DNA of 63,752 nt, counting the filler, from Octopus bimaculoides (taxonomy: Eukaryota): NCBI RefSeq assembly GCF_001194135.2. It is 5 parts of 3 records of this genome, joined end to end, with 100 filler letters (N's around TTAATTAATTAA, not from the genome) between each part and the next. Parts side by side here need not be neighbours in the genome. Positions count along the whole stretch, not along the records: positions 1 to 24,017 come from NC_068982.1; 4 more parts are not named here. One strand, 5' to 3'. The position numbers and the translations under genes were made by a program. Positions 1 through 13,640 of the stretch are shown piece after piece. How positions within the stretch are numbered: the stretch's first letter is position 1; the number at the start of each line of letters is the position of its first letter. The notes under the pieces were generated by a model, which was not told where the DNA came from, ran no database searches, and was given only the letters and a program-made list of their open reading frames with translations.

Positions 1-239
1 GTGGAAAGCTCCAGTGGGGCATTGAAGAAAAGTGAGATGATTATTGGGTGGCCAAGGGGGGGGGGGTTGGATGTAAAAAAAAAAATTAAATAATGGATTA
101 ATTAGGTTAAGTTTTGTGAAACAGTTATTTTGAATTTGCTGCAGAAAGTGGTCTGTGTTTGGTGGTGAGTGGGGATGGGCACTAAAAATGTGGCCTGGGT
201 GCCAAGGGGCAGCAGCCTGAAAACGTTTGAGAACTACTG
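1..239. mobile_element. End of a hAT (Charlie-like) non-autonomous DNA transposon
   Basis: Reverse complement of 221-239 reads CAGTAGTTCTCAAACGTTT, matching the CAGTGGTTCTCAA-type hAT terminus. The other end is not visible in the window. Confidence 0.45.
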
Positions 240-1352
240 GTCTAATTCATTCTGATGATAATGGATGAAGAAAATTTAAAGGGCTGCTTTTTTTTATAAT
301 GGTTGTCATATTTACAAAAAATGTAGGTTCAACTTTCATGGACACTTTTGCCACCCAGGAATATTTTAACCTAATATTCTGTATGCTATTATTTAAAGGT
401 TTACCTACTTCAAATTCCATCATTAAATTAAAAATACACACACACAGACACACACTCACACCTTTCTGGAAGGTAAGCTCAGTTTTGCAACAAATAACTG
501 AAATTTTGTAATGAAAGTAAATGTCTTACAACGTTGAGGTCAAGTTTTCAGTTGTAGTTTGCATAACAATTATAATTTCTCATTTCCAAAATATTTTTAA
601 ATGCTTTCCTAGGAGTTTTCTGCATGTCAGACTGTTTTACTTAAATTTATTATATCATAAATGATTTCTGGGTTAGAAAAGAGATTGTAATTTAGTACTT
701 TCTCTTATTTAACAAAACACAGACAATAGTGATATTGGATTTATTTGATCTCATTTGGACTAGGCCTTCCTAAGGACCACGCTATAGGTTCCTATGCTCA
801 ACAAGCAGAGAAATTTTGCAAGGTGAAACATAATTGCTGTCAGGCTCATTTCATGGAGGGGAGCCTTTTGAAATTCAAGGGATCTACAAGGTGTTTTTAA
901 AGGACCATTCTTTGGCTCTATGAGTAGCCCAGGACTAATGCCCAAATAAAAGTCCCTGTTGATAAGTTTTTATACCATTTAAAAGGTTTGACTCTAAACA
1001 CCACAATATTCTTTAAGTTATTGTTATTAACCTATTGAAACTTCATGTGTTCTGTGATGTTGACACTAACTGTTGTTAGTATACATGACATGAGGTGGGA
1101 AGCTAAGAGGGCCAGAGGACAAAGACATTTTGAGACCATTCTTTGTGTAGTATTAAAAATTGATGCTGCCATCCACCATGATTGGATGATTAGAAGTAGG
1201 AAAGCCTTAACTTGTTAAAACATGAGTTAATTATTAAAATTTTTGAAAGCCACCCTGTGCATTCTGTTACAGGAAAATGGTAATAAAGCAATTTTGATGA
1301 AATATTTCAAACAAACCCCTAAATGCCTATTTATGCTATTTTGTTGTTACAG

Positions 1353-1401
1353 GTGCTGTTTCTTCCGACGACGTAAGAAAAAGAAGAACAGACAAAGCTA
1401 A
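1353..1401 (+). CDS. CSNK1G: Last coding exon of casein kinase 1 gamma (gilgamesh-like)
   Basis: Acceptor ttttgttgttacag|G at 1352/1353; phase-2 translation (x)CCFFRRRKKKKNRQS* with TAA at 1399-1401. This matches the Cys-Cys-Phe-Phe plus polybasic palmitoylation tail of CK1 gamma proteins (vertebrate KCCCFFKRRKRK, fly gish). Upstream exons are not in the window. Confidence 0.75.
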
Positions 1402-3997
1402 GGCCAAGTGTGTAGTTATGTGTCTACAAATCCCTGTTAAAAATGTACAGTTCATGAATGATCAGAGCAACCTTCGCATCTTTTCTCTACATCTTCCTCA
1501 CTTATTATTTTTGGTATTGTAGCAATAGCAGACACTGGAATTTCTTCTGTTGGCCCTGAACATTGTGTATAGACATAATCTTTGGATTGGATCAGGGGCC
1601 TTATCTTTCTACTGACTTATTAACAGTGGACTAATTGCTCAGGCACCCATGCACTTAATTACACACATACACACACACACTACAGTTGATTGCTGTGATG
1701 TGTTGTTATTCAACATATGCATTAGTTTTATAATTTTATCAACATAGAAATACTCTAACTGGCTTCCATTTTTTTTTAACTTAAAGAAATGTTGTTATTA
1801 TCATTATTATTATTATTCCTTCCCTCAAATGTTCATTGCTTTATATCAACTTGAAAAGAAGTTATTTGTTAGTTTATAAATTTATCGTAACTGATGCAGC
1901 AATAAACTTCAGTATTTGTATCATCTTTAAAGATATACATTCCTAGGGAGGGACAGCTTTCCTTGCACATATTATGTGTGTGTGTGCGTGCATGTGTACA
2001 TATGTATGTATCTAGGCATGTGTGTGTATATGTATATACACCGCAGACATGTGTATGTGTGTGTACATGTGTATGCATTTTTTTTATAAATTTATTCCTG
2101 CAAATTCTTGATTGCTCTTCCTATTTTCATTCTCTCATTTCATTTATGGTAGTTAATCAGTCCAACTCATTTGTGTATGTGACTTGTAATTATGTTTCTT
2201 GAGGCTTACAGTAAATACTGATAAAGTCCTTAAACATGCTGATGGTTTCTCTTAGCTGTCAAGGATATTTTCATATTTGCTTACATTTGCTAAAACTTAG
2301 TCTACCTTTAGTATTGAATGGGTAAATATCCTATATACACACGTGTTATGATTATCACTTGCATTGACAAACATTAAAATAATCATTCACACACACACAC
2401 ATATATATACAACACGTACATGTCTGCTAATGAGAAGTGGTGTGAAACCTTATAGTTATTTTCACAAGTTAATCCAGCATGTTAATAAGTGATGGACATG
2501 TGATGTCCATAGGGGACAGTGAAAAAATTGCTGAAATATTTGGGCAGATGGTAACTAGGTACCTTCTTATTATTATGTCCTTATTGTTTTTAACAATTAA
2601 CCTTTGTTGCTGCTGCTGTTGCTCTTCATTAGAGTGAGGAAGAACTCTTTAAGGAGAAAAGACATGCAAATGTTATCTGGCCTGTTCTCACCATGCTAGA
2701 AATTTGTCCCATTGTGTGAACTTTTAATACTTGACAGCAGGTGGGATCTACCATTCTATGCAACTAGTTGTGGACTACATTTTTTACTCAGAAACGATTA
2801 TGTGACAGTGGCTCATTGCACTGTGTGTGTGTGTGTGTGTGTGAGGGAGAGAGGGAGGTGAGAGAGAAGAAAAGATTAAAAGGAGAGAGAGAGAGAGAGA
2901 GAGAGAGACAAAAATTTTATTGCAAGCGGTATGCTTGATCAGGCCTGATTTTAATTTGCTTAGAGGTTTGTGGGATCTTTAGGGACCTCCACATTATTTT
3001 TATATTTAAAAGGGGAAAACAAAACATGAAGACAACAAACTCTAAGAAAATATTTTATTTCTGCATCAGATGCCTGACTATCATCATTACCTGACGCCAT
3101 TCATGTCATTTTCTTCTCTATATACATATATGTGTATATATGTATGTATTCTCTAAACACACACACACACACATTCTTTTGTCTGTATTAGAGAGAATGA
3201 ATCTGAAAGGAAACTTGTCTAATGGTTGTTTCATATCTCTCCTGGTGTTGTTTTATTCACTTAATTGTTGTATTGGGAGGTGTAATGGGGGTGGGAGATA
3301 ATCTATACCCAACTTTTTACTAATCTTTCTATAATTATTTCATCACTTCATATCTCATTGTAATATTGTCCTTCTATATGACTTTTTTGCTTCATACTTC
3401 TAATCTAAGTAGCAAGAAAAACAAACTCCTTGCCATCATCATCATTTTTGTTCAAACCTATCTGGTCTTTTTAACAATATCTATCTATCAGAATGATCTG
3501 CACTGAGCCACTTTTGTTTGCTTCTCTTCCAGAAAATAATGTCTTTCTTACATATTTTAGTTGACATTAACTAACTTTTATCTGTAACTTTATTTCAACT
3601 GCTTAGATCTCTTTCGGCAGACTTCCTTTAGCTAATGAAACCTATCATTCTACATTTTAGATGTGCTATTTTGCTCAATAAGTGTTGTTATCTCTTTTAA
3701 AAAGACAGTTTTTCTCCACCAAATAGGTACATAGTTCCTTTTTTCTTTTTGTATTTTTGAGTAAGTAGTGAGTTTAGATGCTTTTCAATAAAGAACTATA
3801 GTTTTAGATTTTATCTGATATTCAGTGCGATTTTATAACAAATTAATAAGACATGAACTTTTCGTTTTTTCTCGCACACATTCATTCACTCTTTCACATG
3901 ATATTTGCACAATGTAAACTTTACAACAACAAATAAATGAAAATTTATATTGATTGCTTGAGTAAGTAGGATATTGTATTATTATCTCATCAATATT

Positions 3998-4033
<36 letters not shown>

Positions 4034-7000
4034 GTATATTAAAAATATTTATTCCATAAATATTGTAGAGGAGAAGATAATATTTTATAAGCTGCTTAAA
4101 AATACATGGCACATATTTTATTTTTAAATTCTTTGATAGTGCTAGCAACACGTTGTGTAATATCTATGAGGAAAGTGCATTTTAAATGCCATGTTTTTGG
4201 GGCTTGCACAAAGAAATTTTTTTTTTTTTTTTTTAAATAAAAATTTAGAATTCATTAATTGGGCTACATTTTGTTGCATATCCTTGGTGTTCTCTTGACT
4301 TAGGGTGGTGCAGTAACAACTAAACTTAAGGAGTTTCAAAGTAAAATACTAATAAAGTATATTTTTAAGTATTTGAATAATTAAATCTATGAATGTCAGA
4401 AACACCTTATCATTAAGATTGTATTGCTTTTCCCTCCCCAAAGAGAATACTATTTTCATATTCTGTGTGTGTGTGTGTGTGCGTGCGTGCGCGTGTGCGT
4501 GCGTGTGTGTGTGCGTGTGTGCGTGCGTGTGTGCATGTGTGTGTGCACACATGCTTCATGGTGGGTCTTTTGGCTTTTGATATGATTTAAGTCAGTTGTT
4601 GAGTTTGTGTGTTTTGAAAAGAAGCATTTATATATCCAACTTAGACCTACACACATAAATAAATAAATATGTAAAGGTGTATGTTATGTTTGTATGTAAT
4701 TGGGAACAGCCTTTTGTTTATGAAGTATCTTTTAGTTTGGAGGAATTTTGAGGTTTCAATTGTAGGGAAAAATTTTTAAATATTTCAATGTCATTTCAGC
4801 TTTTGTTATTCCTGAGCATAGAATCTTTTACCAATTAAATTGGTAAAAAAAGGACAATATTCAGCTTTTTATCAAGATACTACTTCGTATGAGTGTGTGC
4901 ATGCTTCTGCTCTGCCTCTCACACTGGATTTCTTTAAATATTGTATCCTCAATGAGAGAGCTTGTTATACTCTATTTACCAGTTTGCTAAAGAATATTAA
5001 CCATATTATTATTGCTAATATATTTCATAATATATCATCTTCATCAATGTTAGATTTCTTTCTCCTTTTTGCCATGAAAAAATTCCTTTAACTGTTGCTT
5101 TCAGCTGTATGCTAACACTGCATGTTAAACAGTTTGTATGCTGACATTTTGGATAGACCCATAAGTACATATCTGTCATAGTTTGTTTTGTGTTTTCTTA
5201 TTAGCATAGAAATAATTCTCTCCCCCTCCCTGGCATACAAACTCTACTTGTGGATAAATGTATTTGAGAAAAACATGAGAGTAAGAGAAAGAAGACTGTT
5301 AGTTTTCTCTAAAGACAAATTAAATATGGTACAATGTTTCTAAACACATGAGTTCATTTATAAGGTACATATCGTTCAAATCTTTCATGTTCAATTGAAT
5401 TTCATGGTTAGACATTGTTTGTACAGCATTTACCTGAGTCTGGTGATATATGATGATAGCAAGCCACTCATGAATCTACTGCCTTCTCTGTCTCTCATAC
5501 AAATTAATTAGTCCTATATTTCAACAACAAAGACCAGCTCTTATTGCTCTGAACAAAGCAGAACAAGAAAGCTGGGATGGATAGATTAATTGTGCCAATA
5601 TATTTACTTTTGAGCTTCCAACATTGCTCCAGTTTAACAGAGGAAAAGTAAATTCTGCTGGTTAAATTTATCTAAATAGAAGTTGTTCTTTGTCTTCCTA
5701 CTGATTGCAAATGCATGCATGCAAACATACATATATATATATATATATAATGATTGGTATATATTTGCCGTAGCAATGAATTAGTGTGTTATAATTATAT
5801 CAATATAATATTTCTCACTCCTGATCTCTTTAAAAAATAACTTGCAAATAATAATTTAAATAACTTATCCACTGATACATAATCTACACACACTAATAAT
5901 TTGCCTTTTTGGAGCCTTTTTTACCTTCCAAAATACTGATTTAAGTTTTCTCTCAATTTCTCAAATTTGGTATGTCTCTTGTTTCAAAAACTCACTCTAT
6001 CAGGTACCTAAGGAAAAAAACCTCACTTCAATTTAAAGTTTTCCAATTGTCTTTCTTCAACATTCACAAGACTTGTGTGATGGTTAGTGTCTATTTGTCC
6101 ATGCTAACTTTTTCATCCATCCATTTACCAGTCCATCCATTAAATCTAAAAATGATAAAAATAACAATTTTTTTATAAATAAATATATATATAAAAGAAA
6201 TTAAGAAAAATTCACTCCAAAAATATTTTCTTTGGTTCATTTTGGAAAATTTTCTCAGTTTAATTTTCTTTAAATCTTGTGGAAGTATTTTAATTTCATT
6301 TCTCCATCCCTCTTTCTAACTTAGATTTTTAGTTCCTTGTATTCTTTGATTCAATGGTTGGACCAGTTTGTTGACATTTTTACTCATCACTCAGCTAACA
6401 TTAACAATAACTTTTATTTTATATTATGAAGTACTTCATACCACTATGTTGTGGGAGGTATGTATATTATGTGTGGATGGGCCCATACACACTCACCCAA
6501 ATAAAACAAGCTGTTTTGACTTGTATTTGGGATCATTTCACTTCTGTCAGTAATGCTTTTGGGTTATGTATAATCACACACACACACACACTCTGCCATT
6601 TTCCTCCTTGTATCACTAAAATAGATTAATGTAACACTTCTGTGTATCACAGTAGAACTAGTGTAAACACATTCACTACATGGAATTTACTGATCCATTT
6701 TGTAACAATTATTCTGTAAACGAGTGATGGCAGTAGTTGTGATTCCAACTGCCTGTGCAAAACAATGCATAAAACCACTTCAGATGGTTTTATGTTTTAC
6801 ATATAAATGTTTGTAAATGCTAAGTGTTTGTGTTTAGTGAACAATTGCTATCTTCATCACTATTCTCACAGTGGATTATCACCTCTTCTGTATTTCTTCA
6901 GCTAACGTTCTAACCTCACATTCATCTTTAGTTTCATCACTCTCTCTTTCTCTGTGTGTGTCTGTCTGTCTGTATTCAATCTAGCTATGGCATTTTTCTT

Positions 7001-8361
7001 GACTGCTGCAATTTTAATTTATTTATCGTTTTTTTTTTGTTTTTTTTAATTTTTTTTTACTGCTGAAATGAACTTTGGAGTGTGTGTGTGGGGGTTGTGG
7101 AGGTAGCTCAGTATATGCCTAAAATCTAACCATCTAATTAATTCAGGCTGTGAGTGTTCTAATTCCTGCTCAACTTTGGCTAACACTATATCTGAACTAA
7201 CATTGCGATGCTCCATTTACATTATAACCTGTTTGCCCCCCCCCTCTATTCCTCGTCTACTTCCAAAAAGAAAATAACAGAAAAGAAAAAGAAACAACTC
7301 TTATCTGGATTATAAATTGCAACTGCATCATTAACATTCATTCCTGGAACCCCTGGTTTTCATTTTGACTTTTAACTTGGTCTATAAACGGGTATACACC
7401 AGTTCATTCTCCCTAAACATTTCATGTTTTTCTTTTTGGTTTTAACTATTGTTTTGTGCTTTTACTTTTGTTCTTTTATTCTTCCTTCATTCTTGAGGAG
7501 TACTACTCCTACTCAGATTTTTTTTTGTTTTTTCATCCATCTGCTTTCATTCCATTGTTGTGATTATACAATAGTTTCATAAGCTTTCTAGTTTCTATTT
7601 GTTCTTAAGTAAACTCATTAAAATGGTGATTATTTATTTTAATGACTAACTATTTTTTGTTTTTTAAACATGGATCTTCTATTGTACATATATAGTGTAT
7701 TTTGTAGAGAGGTTGTGTTTCTTTTGTTCTAATCTCAAGAACTTTAAAATATTTGAAGACATTAAAAGTGCGTGTGTATTTGTGTGATTGTATGAAAAAA
7801 AAAAAAACTAAAGAAACTCAATAATTTGCTCTGTGAGGTTCCAGTGATGCTACAAGAAATTGTATGTTCTCCTTAGTTTGAAGTGGGTTTTCATTCTTAA
7901 AGAAGCTGTTTGAATTAAGTTGAAATACCAAAAGGTCTCAAATAGATTTAGAGATCACCTAGCCACTCTATTACAGGGAACTGAATTTATCCTGCCTGAC
8001 TTAATTTTCTGTAACGCCCTTCGTAATCTCTCTATGTCCTCCTCTGTAACAATCATTAAAAATGGGAGACAACTATTGATTAACCTCTAATAAAGGGAAA
8101 GATTCTTTGTTTTTTTTTTCTAGAAAAAAACATTAAAATTTTATTATCGTTCTTTGGTTTTGCCAATAGTCATTTCTTTATTATTAAACTGTCTATCCTG
8201 TTTATTCTCCATATTCATGTGCCTATTTAATGCAATCTCTACCACATATATAAATTTGTAGCTTGCTTAATATATACACAAGAAGCACACATATGCTCAC
8301 AAACAGACATCTTTCTCCCCCACTCTCTCTCTACATATCTGGTTCATTAAAAAGGGCTGTT

Positions 8362-8393
<32 letters not shown>

Positions 8394-8833
8394 ATGCCTT
8401 CAGAGAATTCTTTTGATAAGACAAATGTTGCTGGTCCACTCCAACATTTGTAGCAAGTACATCTGTGTAATAAGTCAACTGAAAGATTAAGTGTTCTGCT
8501 AGCCACTGGCTGTGGTGGTGGTGGTGGTGGTGGTCATTTCATATTTTATCTTACACTGCTCAGTTTTATTTTATTATTTTTTAAATCCATCTGCAGTATA
8601 TAGACAAGATGCTGTCTCACCATGGCTGTCCACAAACTACTGATTGTCTCTACATGTCCAATGATTCCTCTCCCTATCTCTCTTGCCCAGTCTCCAATCT
8701 ACTCTGAATCCGAGTCCTACTCTCGTGTGTATGTGTGTACATGTTTACACGCAAACACATTTCATGCACATATACACACACATACACGCATACATGTGTG
8801 TACATGCATATGTATTTATGCCTCTGTGTGTAT

Positions 8834-8893
<60 letters not shown>

Positions 8894-9970
8894 NNNNNNN
8901 NNNNNNNNNNNNNNNNNNNNNNNNNNNNNNNNNNNNNNNNNNNNNNNNNNNNNNNNNNNNNNNNNNNNNNNNNNNNNNNNNNNNNNNNNNNNNNNNNNNN
9001 NNNNNNNNNNNNNNNNNNNNNNNNNNNNNNNNNNNNNNNNNNNNNNNNNNNNNNNNNNNNNNNNNNNNNNNNNNNNNNNNNNNNNNNNNNNNNNNNNNNN
9101 NNNNNNNNNNNNNNNNNNNNNNNNNNNNNNNNNNNNNNNNNNNNNNNNNNNNNNNNNNNNNNNNNNNNNNNNNNNNNNNNNNNNNNNNNNNNNNNNNNNN
9201 NNNTATATATATATATATATATATATCTATATATATATATCTTATTTATTATTTTCTTTTTTTTTTTTTTTTAATTTATGCCCCCATCTCCTCCCTGTCC
9301 ACAAATTATAAGATGCATTTCTCCGAAAAAGGGGAAAACAAAAAACTATGAAATAACAAACCAACAAAAAATTGTGCTCTTTTTCAAAAAACTTTTTAAA
9401 TAATTCCAATTATTGAAATGAAAGAAAAGAAAAAAACAATAAAATGAAGCTAATTGGAACCTACTTTGAATATGATAAAGACTGTACAGTTCAAAGCACC
9501 ATTCAGAACTGGTTTTATTACCTTTTTTTTCTTGTTTCATTTTACTTTTGAATGCTGTTTTCAAAGTCTCCGTAATACTTAAAAAAATTATATAAAAAAA
9601 AATTTAAAATAAACAAAATACCTTCATGACTTCTGTGTGTATGTGTGCATGCATATCTGTCTATGTATATATGTATGTGTATGTGTGTGCACAAGTCTAT
9701 ACACACATAAACACTAGTATATATATATAAATATATATACACACACACACACAAGTGTGTGCGCACGTATAGTACGTGTGTTTCTTTAATGAAAAAATTT
9801 AAACAAAAATGAATTTGTTTGTGAATATTGCAGAACTCAAGCAATTGTATGTACAGAAATTTGGAAAAAAAAAAAACAAAACAAAACAAAAAAAACCTCC
9901 AAAAGACCCAATAAACCTTCTGGTTGCAATATTACAATGTAAGTGAAATAAATTTTGTAAAGAAAAAACA
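1402..9970 (+). other. Putative long 3' UTR of the CK1 gamma gene
   Basis: Follows the stop codon. No recognisable SINE or LINE for about 9 kb, U-rich tracts, AATAAA at 9910-9915 and 9947-9952 followed by a GU/U-rich stretch at about 9983-10030. The end point is inferred. Confidence 0.5.
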
Positions 9971-10844
9971 AAAATTGATGACTTTTTTGCTGTTATGAAT
10001 TTGTATGTTTGTGAATGTGTGTGTTTGTGTGAAAAAAATTTAATTGATCACACATTGAATCTAATTGGTACTGTTATCAATGCCTCCAGTTCCATGTAAC
10101 TTCCTTCCCTACTCCAATCAACAAAGTGATTCTGGCTGGAAATAAGACAAATCTTCTTTGAATCACATTTTATCATGAAAAAAAGAAAACAGATTAGGTC
10201 TGGTGAAGTCATAGTTTAAAGTTGCATCAATCATAGGTTTACTCTAGGAGTGCTGAAGTTAATTGGCTCAAATCAAAACATTGTCTAGAGCTCATGGATC
10301 AGACAGGGGGAATTAGTCCTTTAAAAAGCATGTAGGCCAAAATAAAGGGATCAATATACATAATTTACAATAAAGGATATGTAGTGGTAGCAAGTTTGGC
10401 GTGCAGAGGTGTGTGGAAAAGCTCATCCACATGGTGTGTGTATATATATATATATATATATATGAAAAGATAGAGAGGTAAGTAAGAGTCCTTAGAATGA
10501 GAACAGAACCAAAAATTGTCGAAATGAGATGTTTTTGAGATCAATGTTTGATAGAAAGCTCACACCATTTCAGCTGCAAAAATTTTACAATATCAATCAT
10601 ATCATGAGCATCCATGCAGATGAACATATTTGTGAATTTGAAGAAAAATACTTTCTTTTGACTCAGCATGTATAGACAAAGTGAAGGGGAAGTAGGTCAT
10701 CTCTTTTAGTCTATGGATTTATAAGCTTCATTTATTAAAACAACAAAAGATTCTTTGAAATGCATTGATTTGACTAATTGGAACCAGTATCATGAAGAGC
10801 TGGGCTTTAACTTGGAACACATATTAGCTATATATATAATCATC

Positions 10845-10975
10845 ATTGTTTAATGTCTGTTTTCCATGCTGGCATGGGTTGGATGGTTTGACAGGAGCTG
10901 GCCAGCTGAAGAGCTGCCTGGGTTCCATGTCTGTTTTGATATGGTTTCTATGGCTGGATGCTCTTCCTAATGTCA
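10845..10975 (-). mobile_element. RTE-tail SINE or LINE 3' end (family E)
   Basis: tttaatgtctgttttccatgctggcatgggttgga is the reverse complement of the tail seen at 35225-35260; further copies at 36810-37080, 48810-48892 and 56155-56200. Confidence 0.65.
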
Positions 10976-10998
10976 ATATATATTTATATATTCTAATA

Positions 10999-11066
10999 TA
11001 TAACTATAGCCTCAGATCAACCAAAGCTTTGTGGGTGGATTTGATAGACAGAAACTAAAAGAAGCT

Positions 11067-11098
<32 letters not shown>

Positions 11099-11320
11099 TT
11101 AGGTGTGTGTCTGTCTGTTTGCCCCCTCTCCCACCACTGGACAACTGATGTTGGAGTGTTTATGTCCCTGTAACTTAGCAGTTTGGCAAAATAGACTGAT
11201 AGAATAAGTACTTGACTTGCAAAGAATAAATCCTGTGGTTGATTTCTTCGACTAAAAATCCTTTAAGGTGGTGCTCCAACATGGCCACAGTCAAATGACT
11301 GAAACAAGTAAAAGAGATAC
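10999..11320 (+). mobile_element. tRNA-derived SINE family A, 5'-truncated
   Basis: Collinear with the body of 16933-17308, ending in catggccacagtcaaatgactgaaacaagtaaaag. Confidence 0.8.
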
Positions 11321-13076
11321 AAGAAAGATATATATATATATATATATATATGTATTAGAAGAATAGTTTTGAATATCTTAAAACCTTTTTCTATCAAATA
11401 AAATAGAGTTGAAGAAAAAAACATTGTTAATAAAAATGGACTGGTCTTTGCTGGGTTGCCTTTGTTTACATCAGCTACTTAACTAATATTCAATAGGATT
11501 TGGTGTTTCAAAATTATTTAAATTGTATTTGTAAAGAGTTGGTGCAGTATGGCTGAATGTTAAAAAGTTGGCTTTACAATCACCAGGTCCAAAGTTCAAT
11601 CCTGCAATGTGGCGTGTTTGATAAATTTGACTACGATCATTTTCTGAAAGCCTTGGGTTGACAACATCTTGTGAGTGAAACTAGGTAGAGTGGAAGCTGT
11701 ACTGAAACCTGGAAGGGAGATTGCAATTGTAATTCAACAGGTACAGCCTCATCATACAGTGTCACATGTGGAATACTCAACTGCCTGTTAATTCAGGAGC
11801 AGGTAACTCAGTTAACTGAACACAACTGAATCTCAACCATGAACAACAGATGTCCTCCAACCAATTTGTAAAGATGATATTGTTTTGTATGGTTTCATCA
11901 TCATCATCAAGTTTAACTGTAAATTATTTATTCTGTTTGAGGAAGACAAAATTTTTACATAAACCACTATCCATCCATTTTATTGTGTTTGTATGTGTTT
12001 TGCCTACTTCATAATACAGAAAGCAAAGTGAAGACTTGATAAACATGAATAATCTGTGAAAGAATTAACTGTGTTGAATATGAGAGTGATTGTCAACTGG
12101 TAAAATTGGTAGGTAGCTAGCTAAAGAATCCAGTCTTCTCTTGTAGTGTACTGGATGACAAGTATACCTAGTTCTTGGTGACCATATCCAGCTAGCTGTA
12201 AAGAATGGTCAAGCCAGAGTAATGACATTGAATAAGATATACTTTGATGTTTGGAGACAATCTTGTAGCATTAACAGTTCCTTCTGGTGCTTAAAAAATA
12301 TCATTATCACCATCATCATTTTGTGTCTGTTTTCCAAGCTGGCATAGTTTCTATGGCTTATTGCCCAGTCTAACACCCAGCCTTTCTATAGAGTGTATTA
12401 TGTGCATTATTTTACCCCTTTTAGCACTCGTGCTATAGAAGTTGTCTTCTGGCAAGACTAAAAAGCCTTCTGAAGCCCTTGTATTCTTACTTCTTGATTC
12501 GATTTACCAACCAACCACTTACAAAGTGAAATAGTTGATTTTAAGTGGCACCAGCACAATAGGGGTTACCTTGTGTCTTACCAAGCAAAAGACTGCTCCT
12601 ATGACTGAAAGAGTAGGAGTTAAATAGTATAAATTGGTATTAAACAAATGTAGTATTGTTAGAGGATGGTAGTGGAGACAATAACAGGGAACCATATTTT
12701 TTCCTTTTTGTTTTTTTTGGTGACAAGGATGATGGAGAAGACAGGAAGGGGAGGAGTAATGTCAGAGGTTAGTATGAAAAAATGGTATGGGTGAAGGAGT
12801 GAGTTGAGTAGGGAGAATAAATAATAGAGAGGAGTATGAAACCACCATGATATCATTAGCTTGTCTTTATGAGAGTTGGATGCTTAAGAAACAGTAAAGC
12901 CTATATCTTTCTCTCTTGTTATGTGGCAGCAAACAATTTTAACTCCAGGTGAAGTAATTGTATTTTTATAATGCCTTTAGAGAAAGAATGAACTGTACAA
13001 TTAGTTACTAACTACATCTAAAATTTTATAATTCTTCATGTCTACTCAGAAATAAGCTAATATTTTGTCTTGTTAA

Positions 13077-13290
13077 GGCGGCGAGCTGGCAGAAATGTTA
13101 GCATGCTGGGCAAAATGCTTAGCAGTATTTCATCTGTCTTTATGTTCTGAGTTAAAATTCCGCTGAGGTTGACTTTGCCTTTCATCCTTTCAGGATCGAT
13201 AAATTAAGTACCAGTTGCGTACTGGGGTGGATCTAATCGACTGGCCCCCTCTCCCAAAATTTTGGGCCTTGTGCCTAGAGTAGAAAAGAA
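13077..13290 (+). mobile_element. tRNA-derived SINE family B
   Basis: Head ggcggcgagctggcagaaatgttagc and central gactttgcctttcatcc...aattaagtaccag; same family at 16680-16890, 55290-55524 and 55548-55720. Confidence 0.8.
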
Positions 13291-13418
13291 TATTTTGTCT
13301 TGTTGCTATGAAGACAATGGATGCAGGTGGCTGAAGTAGGAGACACTTTGTCTAGCCAAACATGAATTTGTGAGGTGGATCTCCAGACAATAAGCCTCCC
13401 TTTTTTCTTAATGGCATC

Positions 13419-13640
13419 TTAACTTAAGCATTTGTTACTGTATTTATTTTGAAATGCTCTGTATTTCTTTCAATTACTTTAAATATAACAAAGAATTCAG
13501 TAAAATAACTTAATTATCATTCAGCTAGTGTTAGGAACATAAATTGTGACTTAGATTTGGAGGAAGATTTTAATTCAAAACTTATGAAAACAAGGCATTT
13601 GTACTCAGAGCCAGAGCCAGGTTGGTAATGAAAGGGTTAA
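13419..13640. mobile_element. Possible piggyBac-like MITE
   Basis: Bounded by TTAA at 13419-13422 and aaagggTTAA at 13631-13640. A related sequence lies at about 48125-48410 and an aaagggttaa end at about 41410. Confidence 0.35.
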
